Of a stretch of 32,000 bases of DNA, positions 14,175 through 21,055 are shown in pieces. The DNA comes from Candidatus Auribacterota bacterium (GTDB lineage Bacteria > Auribacterota > UBA6266). The notes below the pieces were generated by a model. It saw only the letters and a list, made by a program, of their open reading frames with translations, did not search any database and was not told where the DNA came from. Positions within the stretch are counted from its first letter, which is position 1. The number at the start of each line of letters is the position of its first letter. The stretch is from NCBI GenBank assembly GCA_023136205.1, contig JAGLRQ010000040.1, positions 1 through 32,000 on the forward strand. The letters run 5' to 3'. The position numbers and the translations under genes were made by a program.

Positions 14175-16790
14175 ATGGATGAGAACTTTAGTACAGGACT
14201 TCCGGATTTGGATAGTATTTTACGGGGGATATGTCCGGGTGATAATGTCGTTTTCCAGGTAGATACTGTAGGGGATTATATTCCATTTGTCCATCCTTTC
14301 TGCGAAAAGGCTCATATGCAGGGCCGGGATCTAATTTATTTTCGCTTTGCCGATCACGAGTATCTTATTCCTAAGGGTGTTTCTGCTCATGTTTATGAAA
14401 TTCATCCGGAGGCCGGCTTTGAAAAATTTATTGCCGAAATTTTTGATGTTATTGAAAAATTCGGTTATGGCGCCTGTTATGTTTTTGATTCTCTTTCCGA
14501 GCTTGCGGTTGACTGGTACAGTGACCGTATGCTGGGAAACTTCTTTATGCTTACGTGTCCTTATCTATATACCTTTGATACGGTCGCGTATTTCGGGCTT
14601 TTAAGGAATCATCATTCTTCATATGCCGTTGATGCCATACACAGCACCGCGCAGGTGGTTCTTGATATTTATCGTAGAAAAAGCGAATTTTATGTCTATC
14701 CTCTTAAAGTATATGAGCGGCATTCTAAAACAATGTATATGCCTCATAAGTGGGATGGTGACAGGTTTATTCCGGAAGTAAGGAGCGCGGCAATCGCGGA
14801 GATACTCGGGTCAGTTTCCCACCCGTGGCTTGATTTTACGATAAACCGTTATGATATCTGGGCCCGAAGCTTTACAGAAGCGCAGGAGATTGTTGACTCG
14901 GGCGCTAACGAAAAGCCGAAAGACTCGAGACAAAAAACCCTGTTTAGCCGCCTTATCCGAATGGTGGTTTCAAGAGACCCGCGGGTTCTGTCTCTTATAG
15001 AGAAATATTTTAACCTGAAAGATGTGGTTAATATAGGAAAACGGATGATAGGTACAGGCCTGATCGGCGGCAAATCTCTCGGGATGCTGCTTGCGCGGTC
15101 TATAGTGAAGAATCAAGATAAAGATTTACATGACAAACTTGAATATCACGATTCGTTTTTTATCGGGTCGGATGTATTTTATACGTATATTATTGAAAAC
15201 GGCTGCTGGTGGGCAAGGCGCGGAATAAAAAGAGAGGGTACATCCTTTAATGGGTTTATGGAAGTCAGACAACGTATGCTTTCCGGTAAGTTCCCGGACT
15301 ACATTAAAAATCAATTTATTGAGATGCTCGATTATTTTGGGCAGTCTCCCATTATAGTCAGGTCTTCAAGCCTTCTTGAGGATGCGTATGGAAACGCTTT
15401 TTCCGGAAAGTACGAGAGTGTTTTTTGCGCGAATCAGGGAACACCCGAAGAACGTCTGGAGAAATTTATAGAAGCTGTTAGAATAGTCTATACGAGCACA
15501 ATGAGCAAAGAGGCGATAGCTTACCGGGCGCGCTGGAACCTGCTGGATCGAGATGAACAAATGGCTATTTTAGTACAGAGGGTTTCTGGCTCTATATATG
15601 GGGATCAGTATTTTCCTCAGGTTGCGGGTGTTGGGTTTTCATTTAATCCCTATGTATGGAGCAATGAAATTAAACCGGAAGAAGGAATGATCCGTCTGGT
15701 TTTTGGTTTGGGGACCCGGGCTGTTGACAGAAGCGGCGATGATTATACACGGCTGGTGGCTTTAAATTCGCCGGACAGACGCCCGGAAGGAAGCCTTGCG
15801 GATGTTAGAAAATACTCTCAGCATCGTGTGGATGTTCTTGACTTACATGATAACCGTTATGTAACGAAAGATTTTGAGGAGGTAGTGCGGGGAGCTCCTG
15901 AATTTGACCCTAAGATGTTTGCTTCCCGCGATAAGGAAGTTGAAAGGAAAGCCAGAGAATACGGAACAAAAAATGTGTTCTCATGGGTTTTGACTTTTGA
16001 CGAGCTTTTATCAGGCACAGGGTTTGTCGGGGATATGGGGAAAATGCTTAAGATTCTTCAAAAAGCTTATAATCATCCCGTGGATGTGGAATTCACGGCG
16101 AATTTTCTGGACGGTTGGCAGGATTATAATATAAACCTGCTTCAATGCAGGCCGTTTCAGATAAAAGGAAATCTGCGGAAAGTCAAGGCCCCGGTATCTA
16201 TAAAGGACGAGCAGGTATTGCTGAAAACAAGAGGGCCGATTATCGGCAGCAGTATTTCTACGACAGTTGACAGAATTATTTATGTTGTTCCTGAAGTTTA
16301 TAGTAAAATGAAGATAACAGACAGATATTCCGTTGCTCGTTTAATCGGACGAATTACCCATCTCAAAGACAAGGGGAAAATACCCAAAATTATGCTTATC
16401 GGCCCGGGGAGGTGGGGAACCACCACGCCTTCTTTAGGTGTGCCCGTTTCATTTGCGGAGATAGATACCGTTTCTGTTATATGTGAAGTCGCGGCTATGG
16501 ATGAAAACCTGATTCCGGATATATCTCTGGGAACGCATTTTTTTAATGACCTTGTTGAGGTAGATATGTTATATCTTGCTGTTTTTCCGGATAAAAAAGA
16601 CAGCGCGATAAACAGATGTTTTTTTAATAACACTAAAAATAAGCTGGCTTCTTTGATACCTGTTGAAAAATTATTTTCTCAGGCTGTAAAAGTAATAGAT
16701 TCCGACAGTATTGAATCAGGCCGGCCGATGTGCCTGAACGCGGATGTCCTTGAACAAAAAGGAATCTGCTATCTAGATGTTAAAAAATAA
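14175..16790 (+). CDS. PEP/pyruvate-binding (PPDK_N / ATP-grasp) domain protein with a degenerate KaiC/RecA-like N-terminal domain
   Basis: 871 aa. The central region has PPDK/PEP-synthase N-domain motifs (IGTGLIGGKSLGMLLA; VRSSSLLEDAYGNAFSGKYESV). The N-terminus GLPDLDSILRGICPGDNVVFQVD resembles the KaiC/RadA GxPxLDxxLGGGxxxG lead-in but lacks a GxxGxGKT P-loop. No recognisable phospho-His swivel or PEP-utilising C-domain is present. Confidence 0.75.
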   Translation: MDENFSTGLPDLDSILRGICPGDNVVFQVDTVGDYIPFVHPFCEKAHMQGRDLIYFRFADHEYLIPKGVSAHVYEIHPEAGFEKFIAEIFDVIEKFGYGACYVFDSLSELAVDWYSDRMLGNFFMLTCPYLYTFDTVAYFGLLRNHHSSYAVDAIHSTAQVVLDIYRRKSEFYVYPLKVYERHSKTMYMPHKWDGDRFIPEVRSAAIAEILGSVSHPWLDFTINRYDIWARSFTEAQEIVDSGANEKPKDSRQKTLFSRLIRMVVSRDPRVLSLIEKYFNLKDVVNIGKRMIGTGLIGGKSLGMLLARSIVKNQDKDLHDKLEYHDSFFIGSDVFYTYIIENGCWWARRGIKREGTSFNGFMEVRQRMLSGKFPDYIKNQFIEMLDYFGQSPIIVRSSSLLEDAYGNAFSGKYESVFCANQGTPEERLEKFIEAVRIVYTSTMSKEAIAYRARWNLLDRDEQMAILVQRVSGSIYGDQYFPQVAGVGFSFNPYVWSNEIKPEEGMIRLVFGLGTRAVDRSGDDYTRLVALNSPDRRPEGSLADVRKYSQHRVDVLDLHDNRYVTKDFEEVVRGAPEFDPKMFASRDKEVERKAREYGTKNVFSWVLTFDELLSGTGFVGDMGKMLKILQKAYNHPVDVEFTANFLDGWQDYNINLLQCRPFQIKGNLRKVKAPVSIKDEQVLLKTRGPIIGSSISTTVDRIIYVVPEVYSKMKITDRYSVARLIGRITHLKDKGKIPKIMLIGPGRWGTTTPSLGVPVSFAEIDTVSVICEVAAMDENLIPDISLGTHFFNDLVEVDMLYLAVFPDKKDSAINRCFFNNTKNKLASLIPVEKLFSQAVKVIDSDSIESGRPMCLNADVLEQKGICYLDVKK

Positions 16791-16808
16791 TATTTTGGGG
16801 ATTTTGAT

Positions 16809-17516
16809 ATGAAAGAAAATGAGAAACAGCTTGAAGCCCTGTTTAAAATAAGCAAGGCGATTGCTTCAGATAATTATCTTGAAGACATTCTTAAACTTAT
16901 AGTCGCGGTTACCGCCCAGGTGATGAACTCAAATATATGTACTTTAATGCTTATTGACGAGCGAAAGAAAGAGCTTACAATACGGGCAACCCAGAGCGTA
17001 AGTGATGAATATAATAAAAAACCCCCAATTAAAATAGGCGAAGGGATTTCAGGCAAGGTCGCGAAAGAAAACAAGCCAATTTCAGTAAAAGATGTCGGTT
17101 TGGAAAAAGAATACAAATATCATGATATGGCTAAAAATGAGGGTTTAAAGTCTCTGCTTTGTGTGCCTCTTACGGTTAAGGGAAAGGTTATAGGCGTTAT
17201 AAATTGTTATACTCCGGTCCCTCATGAATTTTCTTACGGCGAAATCAATATCCTCAAGACTATAGCCCATCAGGCCGCTGTCGCGATTGAAAACACCGAA
17301 CTTATGGTAAAAACTAGGGTTATACAGGAAGAGCTTGAATCAAGAAAAAGAATCGAAAGAGCAAAGGGCATGTTGATGGAAGAAGAAAAATTGACAGAGC
17401 AGGAAGCCTATAACAAGATACAAAAGTTTGCCATGGATAACCGCAAAACCATGAAGGAAATAGCGGAAGCGATGATTCTGGCATATGATATGAGGCAGGG
17501 AAAAAAGAAAAAATAA
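16809..17516 (+). CDS. GAF-ANTAR one-component RNA-binding antitermination regulator
   Basis: 235 aa. The GAF-like region spans aa 20-160 (LEDILKLIVAVTAQVMNSNICTLMLID...GISGKVA...VIGVINCY). The C-terminal ANTAR helices span aa 172-227 (ELESRKRIERAKGMLMEEEKLTEQEAYNKIQKFAMDNRKTMKEIAEAMI). It is the last gene of the gltBD operon. Confidence 0.85.
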   Translation: MKENEKQLEALFKISKAIASDNYLEDILKLIVAVTAQVMNSNICTLMLIDERKKELTIRATQSVSDEYNKKPPIKIGEGISGKVAKENKPISVKDVGLEKEYKYHDMAKNEGLKSLLCVPLTVKGKVIGVINCYTPVPHEFSYGEINILKTIAHQAAVAIENTELMVKTRVIQEELESRKRIERAKGMLMEEEKLTEQEAYNKIQKFAMDNRKTMKEIAEAMILAYDMRQGKKKK

Positions 17517-17522
17517 AATTGG

Positions 17523-17540
17523 ACGCAGAGAACGCAGAGA
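17523..17540 (+). repeat. Perfect tandem 9-mer (ACGCAGAGA)x2
   Basis: Read directly from the sequence, immediately after the ANTAR gene stop. Confidence 0.8.
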
Positions 17541-17576
17541 AAAAACATAAAGTAGATTTTAAAAACCTCATTTTTT

Positions 17577-17606
17577 AACCACAAATGAACACAAATCGAC
17601 ACAAAT
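17577..17606 (+). repeat. Decamer-periodic element AACCACAAATGAACACAAATCGACACAAAT (left copy)
   Basis: It has 10-bp periodic ACAAAT units. It matches the reverse complement of 27453-27482 at 26 of 30 positions; three differences are A/G and one is C/T. Confidence 0.75.
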
Positions 17607-17626
17607 TAAAAACAATAGAGAAATAA

Positions 17627-17679
17627 GAAAAGGGAGTTGACCCCCTTTTCCACCCCCTTTTTCCAGACCCCCTTTTCCA
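17627..17679 (+). repeat. Hairpin repeat GAAAAGGGAGTTGACCCCCTTTTCC (left copy) followed by a CCCCCTTTT(T)CCA x3 tandem array
   Basis: 17627-17651 is identical to 19691-19714 apart from one extra C. It has an 8-bp stem GAAAAGGG/CCCTTTTC. The tandem pyrimidine array spans 17641-17679. Confidence 0.8.
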
Positions 17680-17921
17680 TCTGTATAGCTCCGTATTGAT
17701 TCATTGATAGTGTAGTTGTTCAACAAACAGTTGTGAAAAAGCCAAATAAAAGATAAGATAAATTTTATACTAATAGTTGGTTTGCACAAAATACAAAACT
17801 TTGCTAACGTAAGACAGGAAGGTCTTTAGATGTAGGCTTATTCCAGAGCTTTATTATGTATTTATTTTATTACTATCTTTAATGTACGTTATTTGGGGCG
17901 GCTCATTAAAAGGAGGTCTAT

Positions 17922-18200
17922 ATGGAAAAAAAACGGAAGTTCGATCTGAACGAAATTAAAGCTCTCTTGCAGGAAAACGGATATACTATTGCTAGTGGCC
18001 TTAACCTAAGCTATAACACGGCGACTGAAAGTTGTGGTTCTTATTGCACCGGAGGCTGTAGAGGAGGCTGCTATACATGTAGTACTGGAACTTCTAAGAA
18101 AACAACGCAAGTAGTTCAACCTGCTATTCAAATTAGTAGAGAAAACATACTTGATAATATCTTAACAATAACAAATGCACCAGCAGTTCGAAAGAAGTAG
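17922..18200 (+). CDS. Cys-rich 92-aa peptide, candidate RiPP precursor / radical-SAM substrate
   Basis: Strong SD AAAGGAGG 6 nt upstream of the ATG. The central block ESCGSYCTGGCRGGCYTCSTGTS has five Cys spaced x3,x3,x3,x2. It lies directly upstream of a radical-SAM/SPASM gene on the same strand. Confidence 0.6.
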   Translation: MEKKRKFDLNEIKALLQENGYTIASGLNLSYNTATESCGSYCTGGCRGGCYTCSTGTSKKTTQVVQPAIQISRENILDNILTITNAPAVRKK

Positions 18201-18262
18201 AGTTGCTTCTTACTGGTTAAAAGAGATCTGCCGCCCCGAAATTAAATATCAGGAGAATTATA

Positions 18263-19690
18263 ATGAGATATCAACTGCACCACGATATCGGCATGAGATG
18301 TGATGTTGATAGAAATATCATTTATGTAAAAAATCCTGTTGAATCTGAATTGAGTGATTTTCTGCAGACAATTAATTCTGAATTGGCTGTCTTCCTCGGA
18401 CTGATGGATGGTTCTATGGAGATAGACGATGTCGTCCGGAACTGGAGCGAACTATTTTTCGGTACTAAACCTGACCGTGAGATTGGGAAGGTGCTTCAAG
18501 CTATGTTGAAGAGTAAACTCGGCCCGGATCTTCAGGTTCACCAAATATTGAACAAGGTGGATTCAAAGACATTAGGAAGAAGAGACCTCCCCGAAATAAG
18601 CACTCTTATTGTTCCCAAAGAAATCGAAAATATTGACGACCCGAGGCTCAGAATACCTCTCCAGATGCTCTTTATGCCAACGTTGGATTGTACCCAGAAG
18701 TGTTCCTACTGCTATAGCACGGAATCATATTCGGATAATATAAAGGCCCTTGAATTCAAGAGAATACAGGAAATAATGGAAGAGGCGAAAAGGCTTGGTA
18801 TGCACACAATAGATCTTTCCGGAGGAGAACCCGTTAGCTATAGACATTTCTTTCCTCTTCTGGAGAAGCTGTTTGAACTGGGGTTGGAGGTTAATTTGCC
18901 TACCAAATATCCACTCTCGAGAGAGGATGTAAAAAGGCTTAAAGCTATTGGCTTGAAAACGATACAAATAAGCATAGATGCCCTAACCCCAAAGGTTATA
19001 GATAAAGTTGTAGGCCTAAAAGGCTATGGACTAAAGATACTTAAGACACTCGATTACTTAGAAGAAGCGGCGATAGGCGTAAGAACGAACACGGTCATAA
19101 CATCATATACACTCGAAGAAGTAGAGCCCCTTATGCGCTTTTTAGCAACAAAAAAGAATATATACCGTGTAACTCAGTCACCCTATTCTATTTCCAGGTT
19201 TAAACACAAAAGCAAATTTCCAATCAGTAATGAAGAGTATAAAGTTATACTCGAGGCATCAGAAAAGATATTTGAATCGAGGCCCGATATAAGTTTTAAT
19301 CCAGGAGATGTATTCGAACCCTACGAAAAAGTTTCCGTTATCGAACGGGAGAAGAGCTGGGACGAGAGGTCTTTTTGTAGTGGCGGCAGGCAAAATTTTG
19401 CTCTCCTGCCCGATGGCAAAGTTACCATGTGTGAAGAGCTGTACTATCAGCGTCACTATATTATGGGTGACCTTACGGAGCAGTCGATCATGGAGATGTG
19501 GAATTCTCCAGAGGCAAAAAGCATATCCTATCCGCCGAAAGAACTATTTCCCGATGGGCCATGCAGAGATTGTAAAGACCTTGCTGCATGTCACTATTCT
19601 CCCGGAAGGTGCGTTAGAGAGGCTATTAAGCACTTCGGAGAAGATAAACATTATTATCCAGATCCTAGGTGTCCTAAGGCTCCTGTTTAA
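18263..19690 (+). CDS. Radical SAM / SPASM-domain peptide maturase with N-terminal PqqD-like (RRE-like) extension
   Basis: 475 aa with SD GGAG upstream. It has CxxxCxxC at C143/C147/C150 (LDCTQKCSYCY), GGEP (LSGGEPVSY), and a C-terminal Cys constellation (FCSGGRQNFALLPDGKVTMC, GPCRDCKDLAACHYSPGRC, PDPRCP) typical of SPASM auxiliary Fe-S clusters. Confidence 0.9.
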   Translation: MRYQLHHDIGMRCDVDRNIIYVKNPVESELSDFLQTINSELAVFLGLMDGSMEIDDVVRNWSELFFGTKPDREIGKVLQAMLKSKLGPDLQVHQILNKVDSKTLGRRDLPEISTLIVPKEIENIDDPRLRIPLQMLFMPTLDCTQKCSYCYSTESYSDNIKALEFKRIQEIMEEAKRLGMHTIDLSGGEPVSYRHFFPLLEKLFELGLEVNLPTKYPLSREDVKRLKAIGLKTIQISIDALTPKVIDKVVGLKGYGLKILKTLDYLEEAAIGVRTNTVITSYTLEEVEPLMRFLATKKNIYRVTQSPYSISRFKHKSKFPISNEEYKVILEASEKIFESRPDISFNPGDVFEPYEKVSVIEREKSWDERSFCSGGRQNFALLPDGKVTMCEELYYQRHYIMGDLTEQSIMEMWNSPEAKSISYPPKELFPDGPCRDCKDLAACHYSPGRCVREAIKHFGEDKHYYPDPRCPKAPV

Positions 19691-19736
19691 GAAAAGGGAG
19701 TTGACCCCTTTTCCTTTCCTTTTCCTTTTCCTTTTC
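19691..19736 (+). repeat. Hairpin repeat GAAAAGGGAGTTGACCCCTTTTCC (right copy) plus a CCTTT(T) x5 microsatellite; probable terminator of the radical-SAM gene
   Basis: It starts on the base after the TAA stop at 19688-19690. It has the same 8-bp stem as the left copy, followed by a U/C-rich tract (19707-19736). Confidence 0.7.
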
Positions 19737-19933
19737 ATTAGAGAACCGGCAAAATACACCCCCCCAATTTATACTCCCCGGAACAACAAACCCGGAAATA
19801 GGAACGGCTTGAAAGGTTATATGGGAAACACAAGGTAGTTGTATGTTTTGTTCAAATATATTGCTTGTTCATTAATAATGAACATTAGAATAAATTGAAC
19901 AATTCTGGGATATGGTGAAATAATAACTATCAT

Positions 19934-19993
19934 TTGACTTTTGTTCAAAAATAAGATATGTTCACAATAGATGAACATATCAATTATTTGAAC
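19934..19993 (+). promoter_or_regulatory. Promoter with nested GTTCA/TGAAC palindromic operator upstream of the AbiEi-like gene
   Basis: TTGACT (19934-19939), 17-nt spacer, TATGTT (19957-19962). The inner inverted repeat is ATATGTTCA (19956-19964) / TGAACATAT (19972-19980). The outer one is GTTCAAAAATAA (19943-) / TTATTTGAAC (-19993). A further perfect palindrome GTTCATTA-A-TAATGAAC lies at 19867-19883. Confidence 0.55.
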
Positions 19994-20008
19994 AGATTGA
20001 GGTGATAT

Positions 20009-21055
20009 ATGATTGACAAATATACAGAAAATGAAGTTTTTCAAGCTGCCTTGGCTGCCTTTAGAAAAAATCTAGATAGGCCAGTTGACTTTATCGTTGA
20101 CAATGCTGCAGAGCAATATTTGGACCAAAATGTAAGAGTGGATAGAACACTGCAGATAAACCTCGATGGCAAAGAAATTCGCTTTTGTGTTGAGATAAAA
20201 ACAAACATCAATACAGCAACAATTGGTCAATTGTTGAATCTAAAAAATCAGCTTCCTTATCCACTTATGCTTGTTACAAATTATACTAGAGAACATATTG
20301 CAAATCAATTAAGGCAGAATGGAATAGAATTCATTGATACAGCTGGAAATGCTTATATTAATCGGCCTCCCGTTTATATTTTTGTAATAGGAAATAAACC
20401 TCCTGAAGCTTTTATACAGGTTCCGGTTAAACAAGCTTTTAGGCCCACAGGCCTTAGAGTGGTTTTCGCTTTCCTATGCGATCCAAATTTAGTAAATAAA
20501 ACATATCGTGAGATTGCTGATACTGCAGGTGTTGCTCTTGGAAATATTGGATGGATAATGCGTGATTTAAGAAATTTTGGTTTTCTCTTAGAGATGGGAA
20601 AACATAAGTTTAAATTGGTCCAAAAAGAACAACTTTTAAATCGATGGGTTGTTGGATATCAAGAAAAATTAAGGCCAAAACTGTTAATAGGCCGTTTTGA
20701 GGGTGTCTTAGGTTGGTGGAAACAAAAAAATCTTAATTATAAGCATGCTCAATGGGGCGGGGAAGTTGCTGCTGCTAGATTAACGAAATATTTAAAACCA
20801 CAGAATATTATTATCTATGTAAAACAAAATTATCTCAAAGATTTAGTAATAGCAAATAGATTAAAAAAAGATATCCATGGTGAAACAGAAATTTTCAAAT
20901 GTTTTTGGAAACAAATTGGGCAAAATGAATTTCAAGATATTGTACATCCAATTCTTGTTTACGCGGATCTTATGGCAACAGGTGACCGGAGAAACATTGA
21001 AACGGCAAGGATGATTTATGAACAACATATTTTCCGATATATCAAAGAAGATTGA
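20009..21055 (+). CDS. AbiEi-like type IV toxin-antitoxin antitoxin / transcriptional regulator (putative)
   Basis: 348 aa with SD GAGGTG upstream. It has a central wHTH-like segment (YREIADTAGVALGNIGWIMRDLRNFGFL). The C-terminus (AQWGGEVAAARL...ILVYADLMATGDRRNIETARMIYEQ) resembles AbiEi_3-type antitoxins as I remember them. It is paired with a downstream nucleotidyltransferase. Confidence 0.55.
   Translation: MIDKYTENEVFQAALAAFRKNLDRPVDFIVDNAAEQYLDQNVRVDRTLQINLDGKEIRFCVEIKTNINTATIGQLLNLKNQLPYPLMLVTNYTREHIANQLRQNGIEFIDTAGNAYINRPPVYIFVIGNKPPEAFIQVPVKQAFRPTGLRVVFAFLCDPNLVNKTYREIADTAGVALGNIGWIMRDLRNFGFLLEMGKHKFKLVQKEQLLNRWVVGYQEKLRPKLLIGRFEGVLGWWKQKNLNYKHAQWGGEVAAARLTKYLKPQNIIIYVKQNYLKDLVIANRLKKDIHGETEIFKCFWKQIGQNEFQDIVHPILVYADLMATGDRRNIETARMIYEQHIFRYIKED

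Noticed and set aside
17320-17789. Minus-strand ORFs 17320-17571, 17408-17602 and 17568-17789 (peptides containing SICVHLWLK, FLCVLCVQ, GGKGG).
   Set aside because: They are translations of the tandem and dispersed repeats (ACGCAGAGA, ACAAATGAAC, GGAAAAGGGGG), or antisense to the ANTAR gene. They are not credible genes.
19308-19838. 176-aa plus-strand ORF overlapping the 3' third of the radical-SAM gene and the downstream repeats; also 19544-19759 (-).
   Set aside because: It is out of frame with a gene that has intact SPASM motifs. Its C-terminus is a translation of the CCTTTT microsatellite.
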